Below, piece by piece: positions 9,942 to 20,001 of a stretch of DNA of 64,000 bases. Under the pieces are notes generated by a model that was not told the DNA's origin, did no database searches, and saw only the letters and a program-made list of their open reading frames with translations. Position 1 is the first letter of the stretch. The number at the start of each line of letters is the position of its first letter. A program made the position numbers and the translations under genes. Where the stretch lies: positions 239,441-303,440 of the forward strand of contig PLXZ01000004.1 in NCBI GenBank assembly GCA_003151615.1, given 5' to 3'. This DNA comes from Candidatus Tayloriibacteriota bacterium (GTDB taxonomy: Bacteria > Patescibacteriota > Minisyncoccia > Phycocordibacterales > PALSA-1337).

Positions 9942-11327
9942 ATGAAAACTTTCTTTAAAAAAATAGTCACGGCCGCGCTGTTGTGGGAAACCCGTGCAGT
10001 CATTAAAAAGCACAAGCCCGCAATCATTGCCATCACCGGCAGCGTGGGCAAGACTTCCACAAAAGACGCGGCATATCACATTCTGGCTGACGCCGGAGTT
10101 TTTGTGCGGAAGAGCGAAAAAAGCTTCAACAGTGAAATTGGTTTGCCGCTGACCGTCCTTGGCCTGCAGAATGCCTGGGGCAATCCGGTCGGCTGGGTCC
10201 AGAATATATTGCTCGGTCTCGGCCAGGTGTATCCGATTTTGGGAAGCGGTACGCGTGCGCCGTATCCGAAATGCCTTGTTTTGGAAGTGGGCGCCGATCA
10301 TCTGGGAGATATTGAAGGATTGGTCAAATGGCTGAAACCGGACATCGCCGCCATTACTGCCGTTTCGAAAGTTCCCGTACACGTCGAATTTTTTCCTTCT
10401 CCCGAAGCCGTTTTGAAGGAAAAGCTGGCTTTGCCGCGAGGTGTTCGATCCGGCGGCAAACTAGTTTTGCCCGCGAATGATCCTTCGATTTTGGCCGTGC
10501 GCGCCGATGTGCCGGATGCGCCATGCCTTACATTTGGCGTTGATTGTCAGGCGGATGTCATGACTGTTTCGCCGGAAATTGTGTATGGAACTGATGAAAA
10601 AAATATAGCCACATTTAAAAAGCCGGTCGGCATGTCCTTCGTTTTAAAATATGAGGCCAAAGGAATCAAGGTTTCCATAATTGGGGTTGTCGGAACCCAG
10701 CACATTCATTCCATTGCCGCAGCCGCGGCCATTGCATTGTCGTATGGAATCAATTTCGAAGCGGTTGCCGCTTCCATTCCAAAATACCAGGCTCCCCGCG
10801 GACGCATGAATATTCTGGAGGGGATTGTCGGAACCGTCCTTGTTGATGACAGTTATAATTCTTCGCCGGACGCATTGAAGGAAGCCTTGAGCGTTCTTCG
10901 TGAGATACAATCGGCCCGGAAAATTGCGGTTCTCGGCGACATGATGGAACTCGGCAAGTTTTCCGCCGAAGAGCACCGCACGGCGGGGGAGCGCGTGGCT
11001 GAAGCTTTTGGCGTGGGGACCGGCATCACCGCCGACATTCTCGTCACTGTCGGCATCCGCGCGCGTGACATTGCCGAAGGTGCCATGGCCGCGGGTCTAT
11101 CAAAGGACATGATTCACAGTTTCGATACGTCCGTTGAAGCGGGCGAGTGGCTCCGCAATCTTCTCCACAAAGAAAGCATTTTGCAAGGAGATTCGGGCAC
11201 CGTCATTCTGATAAAAGGTTCGCAGTCCTCGCGTATGGAGCGCGTCTCGTACGCTCTTCTGGCGGACCAGTCCCGCGCCGCCGAGTTTCTCGTCCGCCAG
11301 GACGCCGAGTGGCTGGCGAAGAAATAG
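9942..11327 (+). CDS. murF: UDP-MurNAc-tripeptide--D-Ala-D-Ala ligase MurF
   Basis: ITGSVGKTSTK, FNSEIGLP, DDSYNSSP, LGDMMELG, IKGS. Confidence 0.95.
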   Translation: MKTFFKKIVTAALLWETRAVIKKHKPAIIAITGSVGKTSTKDAAYHILADAGVFVRKSEKSFNSEIGLPLTVLGLQNAWGNPVGWVQNILLGLGQVYPILGSGTRAPYPKCLVLEVGADHLGDIEGLVKWLKPDIAAITAVSKVPVHVEFFPSPEAVLKEKLALPRGVRSGGKLVLPANDPSILAVRADVPDAPCLTFGVDCQADVMTVSPEIVYGTDEKNIATFKKPVGMSFVLKYEAKGIKVSIIGVVGTQHIHSIAAAAAIALSYGINFEAVAASIPKYQAPRGRMNILEGIVGTVLVDDSYNSSPDALKEALSVLREIQSARKIAVLGDMMELGKFSAEEHRTAGERVAEAFGVGTGITADILVTVGIRARDIAEGAMAAGLSKDMIHSFDTSVEAGEWLRNLLHKESILQGDSGTVILIKGSQSSRMERVSYALLADQSRAAEFLVRQDAEWLAKK

Positions 11328-11395
11328 TTTGCAAAGCGGTTTGCCGACGCCCGATTTTTAAGTTAGATTGAAGTGCGCGGCAAACGAATACACAC

Positions 11396-11467
11396 GGCCC
11401 TATCGTCTATCGGCTAGGACACGGCCTTCTCAAGGCTGGAAGCGGAGTTCGATTCTCCGTAGGGTCA
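11396..11467 (+). tRNA. tRNA-Glu (CTC anticodon), CCA not encoded
   Basis: Cloverleaf: acceptor GGCCCTA/TAGGGTC, anticodon arm cggcc-ttCTCaa-ggctg, T-arm cggag-ttcgatt-ctccg. Confidence 0.95.
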
Positions 11468-11576
11468 CCCTTGGACACGAGGCAGATTTGCTTTAGTTAC
11501 AAAAATTACAAATAAAAAATTGCCGGCTCCTGAAGAGTCCCGGCAATTTACTGACACTGTCGTTTTGTCTGAATGT

Positions 11577-12437
11577 TTAGCGTCCATGGCCTCCTCCTCC
11601 TGAACGGCCGCCGCCTCCCGCACTTGCGTGGGCGCCGAAACCTCCGGCACTGGCGCTTGAGCGTGCAGAACTTCCCGAATAACCGCCGCGATTTCCTCCG
11701 CCGCCAAACCATTGCGGCGGATTGCGTGCGATGGGTCCTGGCCGGAAATACGTCGGATATCGCTGCTGTTCGCGAGTGACGTAGCTTTGGTTTCTGTTCC
11801 TCCCGTAATTCGGCGAGGAACGGCCGCCACCGAGGTCCAGGTTGAGGCTTAATTCCCCCGAACTGTTGGGATAATAACCCGGGGAATAGTTATAGTTTTG
11901 CTGGTCGGCGTATGCGAACTGTTGCTGCGGGGGCGCATACACCACCTGCTGTTGCGGGGGCTGAACAAGGTAAACTACCGTAGTCGCATTTTGTTCTGCC
12001 GCCGGCGCGTCATTGCAGGCTCCGTCAGGCACCATTTCGTCCGAATTGTAATCCGTTTCCGGGCAATTAGTGACTGTCGTCGTCGGCGCGGCCGCCGGGG
12101 CTTGTGAGGTCGTGCCTCGCGGAACGTAGATGACCCGGGGTTGCGCTTCCTGGACGATGACCTGAAGAGGCTGTTGATTTTGTTGGCATTGTTGGCCGCT
12201 GTATTCATTCCGGCCAAAACCGAAATCAAGCCAATCGAAGGTGTGCCTGAACATTTCAACCGGATCGGTGGTAAAGTCATGACCTTTCACCGATTCATCT
12301 TCGTGATGAACGCCGTCGGGAGTCTCGTAAGAGTGAGTCGTCGCTTCCCGTTTTTCGTTTGTCACGCAGCCGTTGGTCAAACCAACGATCGCGACCAAAC
12401 CCGCCGCCATAACTGACAGATTAAACATTTTTTTCAT
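11577..12437 (-). CDS. Putative lipoprotein with low-complexity Gln/Tyr/Pro and Gly/Arg-rich C-terminus
   Basis: Signal peptide ending LTNG-C; upstream promoter-like sequence and downstream hairpin at ~11517-11549. Confidence 0.75.
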   Translation of the reverse strand: MKKMFNLSVMAAGLVAIVGLTNGCVTNEKREATTHSYETPDGVHHEDESVKGHDFTTDPVEMFRHTFDWLDFGFGRNEYSGQQCQQNQQPLQVIVQEAQPRVIYVPRGTTSQAPAAAPTTTVTNCPETDYNSDEMVPDGACNDAPAAEQNATTVVYLVQPPQQQVVYAPPQQQFAYADQQNYNYSPGYYPNSSGELSLNLDLGGGRSSPNYGRNRNQSYVTREQQRYPTYFRPGPIARNPPQWFGGGGNRGGYSGSSARSSASAGGFGAHASAGGGGRSGGGGHGR

Positions 12438-12636
12438 AATGTGCTTTCGTTTCCGTAGTTTTTGTTGTATGTATCAGCGCTTGAGTGCGGTTGATACCTG
12501 CTGTGGTCAATTATAGCACACTATATTAGATAATGCAAGTTTTTACTGGCTAAAGTCTCACTTCAGTACGAGTTACATATACTGGCCCACAGCCCTAATT
12601 CTGGATTTTTTGGCCATTTTAGGTCATAATAAAGGT

Positions 12637-13044
12637 ATGAAAAGCACTGCAATATGGCGAAATCTGACGAGGGTCTGGACGGTCATATTCTTTGCGGCGA
12701 TTATTTACGATTTCATAACCCAAAATTCCCTCGACAGTTCGAACCTTCTTCTGCCGATTGCCGTCATATATGACGCGGTGCTGGCAATTTACAGCGCGGA
12801 GAAGGAGTTCAAGCGCTGGCATGATTGCCACGAAACCATTCATCCCGGCGAACTGTACGTCATTTTGTGGACGATACTCATTTTCAGCCTGCTGACCCTG
12901 TCGGCAATTTTCCACCAGTCGTACCATGTGCCGGCCGAAGTCAGCTCTTCATACGTCGTGGTCATCGGCATCCTGGCGATTACGAAAGAGTCGAAGCATT
13001 TCTACAGCCGAATGAAATGCGACATTGATGACGACGACGAATAA
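12637..13044 (+). CDS. Hypothetical 4-TM membrane protein with internal duplication
   Basis: Two similar halves (..LAIYSAEKEFK / ..ILAITKESK); CATAAT 6 nt before ATG. Confidence 0.75.
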   Translation: MKSTAIWRNLTRVWTVIFFAAIIYDFITQNSLDSSNLLLPIAVIYDAVLAIYSAEKEFKRWHDCHETIHPGELYVILWTILIFSLLTLSAIFHQSYHVPAEVSSSYVVVIGILAITKESKHFYSRMKCDIDDDDE

Positions 13045-13060
13045 TTTGGGCCAAATTAAA

Positions 13061-15202
13061 ATGAACGAAAAATTTACGAAGCCCTACAATCCCGCCGACA
13101 CCGAAGACCGCATCTACAAAATGTGGCTGGAGAGCGGATATTTCAATCCGGATAATTTGCCGGCGCGCTTTTCCGAACCCTTCACCATTATCATGCCTCC
13201 GCTCAATGCCAACGGCCATATTCATGCGGGACATGCACTCGCGATGACGCTCGAAGACATTATGATCCGTTACAAGCGTATGCAGGGATACAAGGCTTTA
13301 TGGGTTCCCGGAACCGACCATGCCGGTTTTGAAACGCAGGTCGTGTACGAGAAAAAACTTGAAAAGGAGGGCCGTTCGCGCTTCAAAATGGATTCTGCGG
13401 AATTGTACGGGGAAATCATGGCTTTCACTCTGGAAAACAAAAAGCATATCGAAGGGGAGATCCAAAAAATGGGAGCTTCGTGCGACTGGTCGCGCAATAA
13501 GTTCACGCTTGATGAAAAAATCGTGAAGGAAGTCCAGCGCACGTTCAAAAAACTGTTTGACGACGGGTTGGTATACCGCGGTTCGCGCATCGTGAATTGG
13601 TGTTCAAAACACCAGACTTCGCTGTCGGATGTCGAAACTGAAAATAAAGAACAGAAGGATTCTTTTTACTATTTCAAATACGGGCCTTTTGTCATTGGTA
13701 CCGCCCGTCCTGAGACTAAATTCGCGGACAAATATGTGGTCATGCACCCGGACGATAAACGTTATGCTCAATACAAAAACGGGCAAAAAATTGAAATCGA
13801 ATGGATCAATGGTCCGATGACAGCCACAATTATAAAGGATGCGGCAGTCGATATGGAATTCGGTACGGGCGTTATGACGATTACTCCATGGCACAGTGCA
13901 ATTGACTTTGAAATTGCCGAACGCCACGGTTTGGACAAGGAACAGATTATTGATTGGCGCGGGAAGCTGTTGCCGATAGCGGGGGAGTTCGCAGGCATGA
14001 AAATTGCCGAAGCCCGTCCGAAAATTGTCGAGAAATTGAAATCGAAGGGCTTGCTCGAGAAAATCGACGACAAGTACCAGCACAGCGTTCCGTGCTGTTA
14101 CAAATGTGGGACCGTTATCGAGCCGCAGGTGAAGGAACAGTGGTTCGTCAAAATGAAGCCGCTTGCCGAAAAAGCCCTTCAGGCCGTCGCCGAAGAAAAA
14201 GTAAAATTTGTTCCCGATAATTTTCGGAAGATTTTTAATTATTGGATGGAAAATACGATTGATTGGAATATTTCGCGTCAGATTGTCTGGGGGATTCCAG
14301 TTCCGGCGAAACACTGTCTCGCGTGCAATGAATATTTTGTCGATCTCGACGATTCAATATCGAAATGTCCGAAATGCGGCGCAACCGGCGCGGATAAAAT
14401 AGTGAAAGACACCGACACATTCGACACGTGGTTTTCATCGGGACAGTGGCCGTTGCTCGCCCTCGGTTACCCCGACTCGTCCGATTTCAAGACATTCTAT
14501 CCGACCAATGTCATGGAAACCGGCTCGGATTTGATTTTCAAATGGATTCCGCGCATGGTCATTTTCGGGCTTTATCTGGCAAAGAAGGAGCCTTTTAAGG
14601 ACGTGTATCTGCACGGCATGGTCAATGACGCGCAGGGCAAAAAAATGAGCAAGAGCAAAGGCAACGTGGTCAACCCTCTTGATTTGATTGCAAAATACGG
14701 TACCGATGCATTGCGCATGGGATTGATTGTCGGCAACACGCCGGGCAATGAAATGTCCCTGCAGGAGAATAAAATCAAAGGCTATAAAAATTTTACGAAT
14801 AAAGTATGGAATATCGCACGGTTTGTGTTTGAGAATACGCAGGATTTTGAAGTCGATGAAAAGAATGCGATGCCGGTTCATCCGTGGCTCGTTCAATTGA
14901 GCGGGACCATTATTCCGGATATTACTTCCGACATGGATGGCCAGCGGTTCCATCTTGCCGCGGAAAAGGCGTATCATTATGTCTGGCATGAATTTGCGGA
15001 CAAAATTCTCGAAGAGTCAAAACCCATTTTGAAATCCGGTTCTGCCGAGGAACGTCGGGCCGTCCAGCATGCGCTTCTTGAGATTCTGGCGACTTCGTTG
15101 CGGATACTTCACCCGTTTATGCCGTTTGTAACCGAAGAAATTTGGTCGCATATGCCGGGCGAGAAGGGCAGTGTGCTCATTATTGAAAAGTGGCCAAAAT
15201 AA
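13061..15202 (+). CDS. valS: Valine--tRNA ligase (lacks C-terminal coiled coil)
   Basis: HAGH (HIGH-type), GTDHAG, DWNISRQ, DTWFSS, KMSKS. Confidence 0.96.
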   Translation: MNEKFTKPYNPADTEDRIYKMWLESGYFNPDNLPARFSEPFTIIMPPLNANGHIHAGHALAMTLEDIMIRYKRMQGYKALWVPGTDHAGFETQVVYEKKLEKEGRSRFKMDSAELYGEIMAFTLENKKHIEGEIQKMGASCDWSRNKFTLDEKIVKEVQRTFKKLFDDGLVYRGSRIVNWCSKHQTSLSDVETENKEQKDSFYYFKYGPFVIGTARPETKFADKYVVMHPDDKRYAQYKNGQKIEIEWINGPMTATIIKDAAVDMEFGTGVMTITPWHSAIDFEIAERHGLDKEQIIDWRGKLLPIAGEFAGMKIAEARPKIVEKLKSKGLLEKIDDKYQHSVPCCYKCGTVIEPQVKEQWFVKMKPLAEKALQAVAEEKVKFVPDNFRKIFNYWMENTIDWNISRQIVWGIPVPAKHCLACNEYFVDLDDSISKCPKCGATGADKIVKDTDTFDTWFSSGQWPLLALGYPDSSDFKTFYPTNVMETGSDLIFKWIPRMVIFGLYLAKKEPFKDVYLHGMVNDAQGKKMSKSKGNVVNPLDLIAKYGTDALRMGLIVGNTPGNEMSLQENKIKGYKNFTNKVWNIARFVFENTQDFEVDEKNAMPVHPWLVQLSGTIIPDITSDMDGQRFHLAAEKAYHYVWHEFADKILEESKPILKSGSAEERRAVQHALLEILATSLRILHPFMPFVTEEIWSHMPGEKGSVLIIEKWPK

Positions 15203-15265
15203 AAACCCGTACTCTGGCATCCAGTTGTAGGGGTTTTGACACGATGTGGTCATGTGACGCGCGGA

Positions 15266-15574
15266 TTAAAATCTGCGGTCGGTGATCCAACGGCGGCGCG
15301 GCGATTCGAGGGGGCTTACCCTCCGTTGTCGCAAATGGCCGAGGCAGGTGTGCTTGATTTCAACTTTTGGTTGCGTAAACAGTTTTTCAGTCCTTTCGGA
15401 ACCAAAGATCCGTTCACACAATTCCGAAGCCGAAATCTCGCCGTCCTCGGAACGCGCGTGGCGTTCCGAAACGACCAGTTTGCCGGTGCCGTTGAATTTG
15501 ACGTGTCCGTGGAAAGCGAGCAGGTTTAATTTTTGCTGTTCGGTTTCACTCGCGGGAATTTTGACAAGTTGCAT
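15266..15574 (-). CDS. Hypothetical protein
   Basis: 102-aa ORF with AGAGAAAGG SD-like sequence upstream; fills gap between valS and yqeY. Confidence 0.55.
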   Translation of the reverse strand: MQLVKIPASETEQQKLNLLAFHGHVKFNGTGKLVVSERHARSEDGEISASELCERIFGSERTEKLFTQPKVEIKHTCLGHLRQRRVSPLESPRRRWITDRRF

Positions 15575-15662
15575 GGTGAACCTTTCTCTTTGGTTGAGGT
15601 TTTGGTTTCTGCGTAAATTTTTGTGAACTGAAAACTACCCCTGTATTGTATCACCCAAAAAC

Positions 15663-16148
15663 CTATTTTGTCAAGAGGCTCTCAATAACCGCCTTTACGT
15701 CAGCCCCGTCGGCTTTACCTTTCAAATCCTTCATGATTTGGCCTATAAATTGGCCGATTTTGGCTTTGTCGAGTGCTGTGCCGGCTGCCGTGTTTGCCGC
15801 GATTTTCACTTCGACAATTTTTTTGATTTCGTCGCAAGACATCATTTTCGGCAGAAATGTTTCGAGGATGGCGAGCTCAGCCGATTCTTTTTCAGCCAGA
15901 TCCGCGCGTCCGCCTTTTTGGAATTGGTCGATCGAGTCTTTTCGTTGTTTGACACTGCGCCGGATGAGTGCAGTTGCTTCTTCATCCGCGAGAGTCGTGA
16001 CTGAAGCGGGGACATCGCCTTTTACCTGTTTCGCAATGAGCTCATTGGTAAATAGGGCAGAGAGTCCGCGTAGGGTTTCGAGCCGCAGAGCGTCCTTTGC
16101 GCGCATGGCGTCCTTGATCTGATTTTTAATTTGTTCGTGTAGTGACAT
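15663..16148 (-). CDS. GatB/YqeY domain protein
   Basis: KDAMRAKD, KQRKDSIDQFQKGGRADLAEKE, GKADG. Confidence 0.92.
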   Translation of the reverse strand: MSLHEQIKNQIKDAMRAKDALRLETLRGLSALFTNELIAKQVKGDVPASVTTLADEEATALIRRSVKQRKDSIDQFQKGGRADLAEKESAELAILETFLPKMMSCDEIKKIVEVKIAANTAAGTALDKAKIGQFIGQIMKDLKGKADGADVKAVIESLLTK

Positions 16149-16181
16149 GCTGATATACTAGCATATATAACTTACAATTTC

Positions 16182-17288
16182 ATGCTCGCAATTCTCATTA
16201 TTCTGGTTGTACTTGCGGTCGCTGCCAACATTGTCATGCTGTCGGTTTTTCTGCGCAAAGGGAAGTCGGCTGAAACGCCAAAAGAAGATGCCGGCCTCAA
16301 AATGGTGCTCGACCAGATGAATACAAACATGCACGAGCTTTCGCGGACAGTTGACCGGAAAGTGGGGGATTTGACGAAAACGGTCGATACGAAAATTGAC
16401 CAGTCCTCGCGGAATGTCCAGGAATCGATGCGTTCACAGTTGTCGGAATCGGCGAAGTTGATCCGCGAAGTGACGCAGGGTTTGACGAAGCTCGACGAGA
16501 CGAACCGTCAGGTCGTGTCGTTCGCCGACCAGCTTCAAAATCTACAGGATATTTTGAAAAATCCAAAACATCGCGGTATTTTAGGCGAATACTATTTGGA
16601 GACGCTTTTGAAAAATGTTTTGGCGCCGGGACAATATCAGATGCAGTATGCTTTTAAAAACGGCGAAATCGTCGACGCGGCTGTTTTTGTGAAAGACAAA
16701 ATAATTCCGATCGATTCGAAATTTTCGCTCGAAAATTACAATAAACTGGTCGAGGAAAAGAATCCGGCTGAAAAGGAAAAATTGGAAAAGGCATTTGTCG
16801 GCGATTTGAAACTGCGAATTCAGGAAACAGCAAAATATGTCCGGCCTGCCGAAAATACGATGGAGTTTGCGTTCATGTTCATTCCGCACGAAGCCATTTA
16901 TTACGACCTCCTCGTCAATAAAATCGGCATGGCCGCGGACGAAACCGACAATTTGATCCAGCGCGCCGCGAGTAAATACAAAGTCATCATCGTTTCGCCA
17001 ACCTCATTTTTGGCATATTTGCAGACAGTTCTTCAAGGTCTCAAAGCAATGCAGATTGAAGAAACGGCAAAAGACATCGTCAAGCACGTCAGCCAGCTCG
17101 GCACGCATATGAAAAAATACGAGGAATATCATGTAAAACTGGGCACGTCGCTCGCTACCGTGGTCAATCACTACAATAACTCCGGTAAGGAGCTTAAAAA
17201 GGTGGATAAAGACGTCCTGCGCATCGCCGGCGAGGCTCCGGGTATTGATATCGCCTTGATTGAGAAGCCGGAGGCGGAGGAGGTGTAA
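16182..17288 (+). CDS. rmuC: DNA recombination protein RmuC
   Basis: TM, coiled coil, RGILGE, IDSKF, AFMFIP, IVSPT. Confidence 0.92.
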   Translation: MLAILIILVVLAVAANIVMLSVFLRKGKSAETPKEDAGLKMVLDQMNTNMHELSRTVDRKVGDLTKTVDTKIDQSSRNVQESMRSQLSESAKLIREVTQGLTKLDETNRQVVSFADQLQNLQDILKNPKHRGILGEYYLETLLKNVLAPGQYQMQYAFKNGEIVDAAVFVKDKIIPIDSKFSLENYNKLVEEKNPAEKEKLEKAFVGDLKLRIQETAKYVRPAENTMEFAFMFIPHEAIYYDLLVNKIGMAADETDNLIQRAASKYKVIIVSPTSFLAYLQTVLQGLKAMQIEETAKDIVKHVSQLGTHMKKYEEYHVKLGTSLATVVNHYNNSGKELKKVDKDVLRIAGEAPGIDIALIEKPEAEEV

Positions 17289-17381
17289 AAGAAAGTATAA
17301 AAAATCTTGGGGGGATACCACCATTTTTTAGCCATAACGCACTCAAGCCGAGTTCAAGATGTATGGTACAATTTGTTCAAC

Positions 17382-18017
17382 ATGTATTTAAACTTACTGG
17401 AAGTTTTTTTGATTTCAATAGTTCCGATTTCACTGATCAAGTTTAAAGTAATTCCTTCAAGATTTCGTTTTGTTGTTTTGTCCGGAATTTTCGTACTACT
17501 TTTGATCCTTATATATTTTCAGGGCATAACATTAATGCAACTTGGAATAAGAATTGATGACATATCTTCAACAATAGTGCCTTATTTGTTCGCCACAATT
17601 ATTGCAATTTTCGCATTGATTGCGCTTTCAAAAATTATGAGGCATGGCCATGCAAAAGAATGGTATAAAGACCCCCATTTTCTTTTTTTATTTATTCCAA
17701 TCAGTATCGCCCAACAATTTTTATTTCAAGGATTTATTCTTTTGAAACTTGAAGGGGTATTTCCAACCGTATTTGCCGTAATTATCACCGCGCTTATTTT
17801 TGGCTATATGCACACGATCTATCCAAAACCGATTTTCAGTATGATTTTAGGAATACTGGCGGGTTTGTTCTTTGCGACACTATATGTAATTTACCCAAAT
17901 CTTCTATCGGCGTCGATATCACACGCGATATTAAACTTTACAGCCGTATATCTAGGATTCTTTACTTTTGTTGATTCCGAAGGTGTACCAAAGAAAACAG
18001 AGTTAAGCTTATTCTAA
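17382..18017 (+). CDS. CPBP/CAAX (Abi) family intramembrane protease-like protein
   Basis: Multi-TM; QQFLFQG (EExxxRG variant), FGYMH, HAILN; AT-rich. Confidence 0.75.
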   Translation: MYLNLLEVFLISIVPISLIKFKVIPSRFRFVVLSGIFVLLLILIYFQGITLMQLGIRIDDISSTIVPYLFATIIAIFALIALSKIMRHGHAKEWYKDPHFLFLFIPISIAQQFLFQGFILLKLEGVFPTVFAVIITALIFGYMHTIYPKPIFSMILGILAGLFFATLYVIYPNLLSASISHAILNFTAVYLGFFTFVDSEGVPKKTELSLF

Positions 18018-18150
18018 TTATTTCCCTCCATGCCGGAGTCCCGAACTCATTCATGGTTTGGAGCTAGATAGCGCTGGTTGTGGTTGTTTATTTTGGGCTA
18101 TTAATGAGACCGTTGCGCTTTTTTCAGCCTCGTGTATAATGATTTCCACT

Positions 18151-18510
18151 ATGAAAACAGCCGGAACAGCAGCAAAAACAGTTGCGAAATCAAGCGAATT
18201 CGCGGTAATCCAGACTGGAGGCAAACAGTATCAGGTTTCTGTTGGCCAGGAGATCAAAATCGAAATACTTACCGGCGAACACAAGGAGGGCGATGCAGTC
18301 GTTTTTGACAAGGTCTTGCTCGTTGATAACGGCTCGGACACTACTATCGGCGCACCTTTCATCAAGGGCGCAAAGGTAAACGCGACGATTTCTAAAATCG
18401 GCCGCGCGGCAAAAATCGACGTCATCAAATACAAGCAGAAGTCCCGCTACTTCAAGAAAAACGGCCATCGCCAACCTTTCTATCAGGTGAAGATTGAGTC
18501 TCTAAAATAA
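18151..18510 (+). CDS. rplU: 50S ribosomal protein L21
   Basis: AVIQTGGKQY, GHRQPF. Confidence 0.97.
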   Translation: MKTAGTAAKTVAKSSEFAVIQTGGKQYQVSVGQEIKIEILTGEHKEGDAVVFDKVLLVDNGSDTTIGAPFIKGAKVNATISKIGRAAKIDVIKYKQKSRYFKKNGHRQPFYQVKIESLK

Positions 18511-18525
18511 AGAAAAGTTATTTAT

Positions 18526-18552
18526 GAAAAACCTCCAATCGGAGGTTTTTTC
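18526..18552 (+). terminator. Intrinsic terminator after rplU
   Basis: aaaaacctcc-aatc-ggaggtttttt. Confidence 0.75.
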
Positions 18553-18590
18553 TTGCTTGGCACGTTGAGGCTGTCGATACTCTTTTTCTT

Positions 18591-18687
18591 TCACCATCAT
18601 GCAAATGCGAATGCGAAAATACAGGGTCATATTTAGAGCCATATTTTATACTAAAGAAATGTTAAATTCGCATTTGCATGATGGTGA
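18591..18687 (+). mobile_element. Family B MITE-like element, copy 2
   Basis: 22-bp perfect inverted repeat TCACCATCATGCAAATGCGAAT with the shared 53-bp core. Confidence 0.8.
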
Positions 18688-18747
18688 TGTAAAAAGGCGA
18701 GGCTCTGTCCTGAAGTTTTGCAAATCCTCAATAATCATCGATAGGCC

Positions 18748-19227
18748 TCAATTTTTCGGGCCGAACGTCTTTCGCAGATATTTGTACTCATGCCAGGTAA
18801 GCGCTATGACCACAAGATCCAATACCGTAATGAGCAAAAGCCATATCGAATGCGTTGATGTAAAACGGATCAGTTGATAGACAATAAAGAAGCCGAAGAC
18901 AATCAGCGATGTCGGATAGTACCAGAGCTTTTTGCGCAGGAGGCCGGTAATCAACCATAATTTTATTACTCCGTGACTGACCAGATAAAATGCCGCAAAA
19001 TGCTGCGAGTTGACGGAAAGGCCTTGTGCGGCGTGCAGTAAATAATTGGAAATGAAGTCCTTTGGATCTTCGCTCAATTCGTCCTTGGTGAGCGTCGCCA
19101 CGGTGTTGATCAGGAATTCTTGGGTGGCAAAATACGCCAAAAAGCCGACGATTGTTTCAAACAACGCAAGAACGCCTTTGACAATAAGGCTCCACTTGAA
19201 AACAAAGCGAATATTTTTTTCGGACAT
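18748..19227 (-). CDS. DUF2127-type membrane protein
   Basis: KG..ALFE, ELSEDPKD, YLVSHGVIKL, LWYYP motifs. Confidence 0.8.
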   Translation of the reverse strand: MSEKNIRFVFKWSLIVKGVLALFETIVGFLAYFATQEFLINTVATLTKDELSEDPKDFISNYLLHAAQGLSVNSQHFAAFYLVSHGVIKLWLITGLLRKKLWYYPTSLIVFGFFIVYQLIRFTSTHSIWLLLITVLDLVVIALTWHEYKYLRKTFGPKN

Positions 19228-19246
19228 CTTAATAGAAGTATACGTT

Positions 19247-19861
19247 CTATGCCCGATTCTTCAAAGCGTTCTTAATCGTGTCAGCGTCGGAATATTCCAG
19301 TTCCGCGCCGGTAGAAAGTCCGCGGCCAAGCACGGTGATTTTAATGCTGTTTTTTTCTGCGATTGGTTTCAGCAATGCGCGGATAATTTCCTCGGTATGT
19401 TCGCCTTCGGGAGTGGCGCTCAATGACAGGATGATTTCTTTTAAGTGATTTTTATCGGTCTTTCCGTCGACTCTTTTCAAAAGTTCACGCGAACGCACCC
19501 GAGTTTCAGGTGATTTTTCCAAAATGGGAACTGTGCCGCCGAGCACGAAATACATTCCATTATATGTGCCGCTTTTTTCGATTGTTTCTAAATCCACGTC
19601 GCGCGCGACAATCATTAGTTCCGAATGATTACGTTCGGTGTTTGAACAGATGTTGCAAACCGTGCCTGACTTGCCGGCATAAAAACGGAAGCATGAATCG
19701 CAGACGCGCATGCTCTTTTTTATTTCAACGACGAGCCGCGCCAATTCATCCGCGAATGACGGCGATTTGGTCAGCAAAAAATAGGCGAAGCGGCGAGCCT
19801 GCCGCGGACCGATTCCCGGAAATTCGCGGAAATATTCCGTCAGTTTGTTAAGCGCATCCAT
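19247..19861 (-). CDS. recR: Recombination mediator RecR
   Basis: PGIGPRQARR HhH, C4 zinc finger, TOPRIM, GAELEYSD. Confidence 0.96.
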   Translation of the reverse strand: MDALNKLTEYFREFPGIGPRQARRFAYFLLTKSPSFADELARLVVEIKKSMRVCDSCFRFYAGKSGTVCNICSNTERNHSELMIVARDVDLETIEKSGTYNGMYFVLGGTVPILEKSPETRVRSRELLKRVDGKTDKNHLKEIILSLSATPEGEHTEEIIRALLKPIAEKNSIKITVLGRGLSTGAELEYSDADTIKNALKNRA

Positions 19862-19877
19862 ATCTCTAGTATAGCAG

Positions 19878-19986
19878 AATCGGTGCACATGCATAAATCA
19901 AGACACAGAAATTGAGGGGCTCTCAATTTCCTCACCTCAAGACCGTCGTCTTTCGGCAGGTCTTTCTTCATGCATGTGCACCGATT
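19878..19986 (+). repeat. Family A branched-hairpin element, copy 2
   Basis: 17-bp outer stem aatcggtgcacatgcat; hairpins gaaattgag-GGGCT-ctcaatttc and aagac-CGTC-gtctt. Confidence 0.8.
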
Positions 19987-20001
19987 TTGTTTACTTTCGT
20001 A

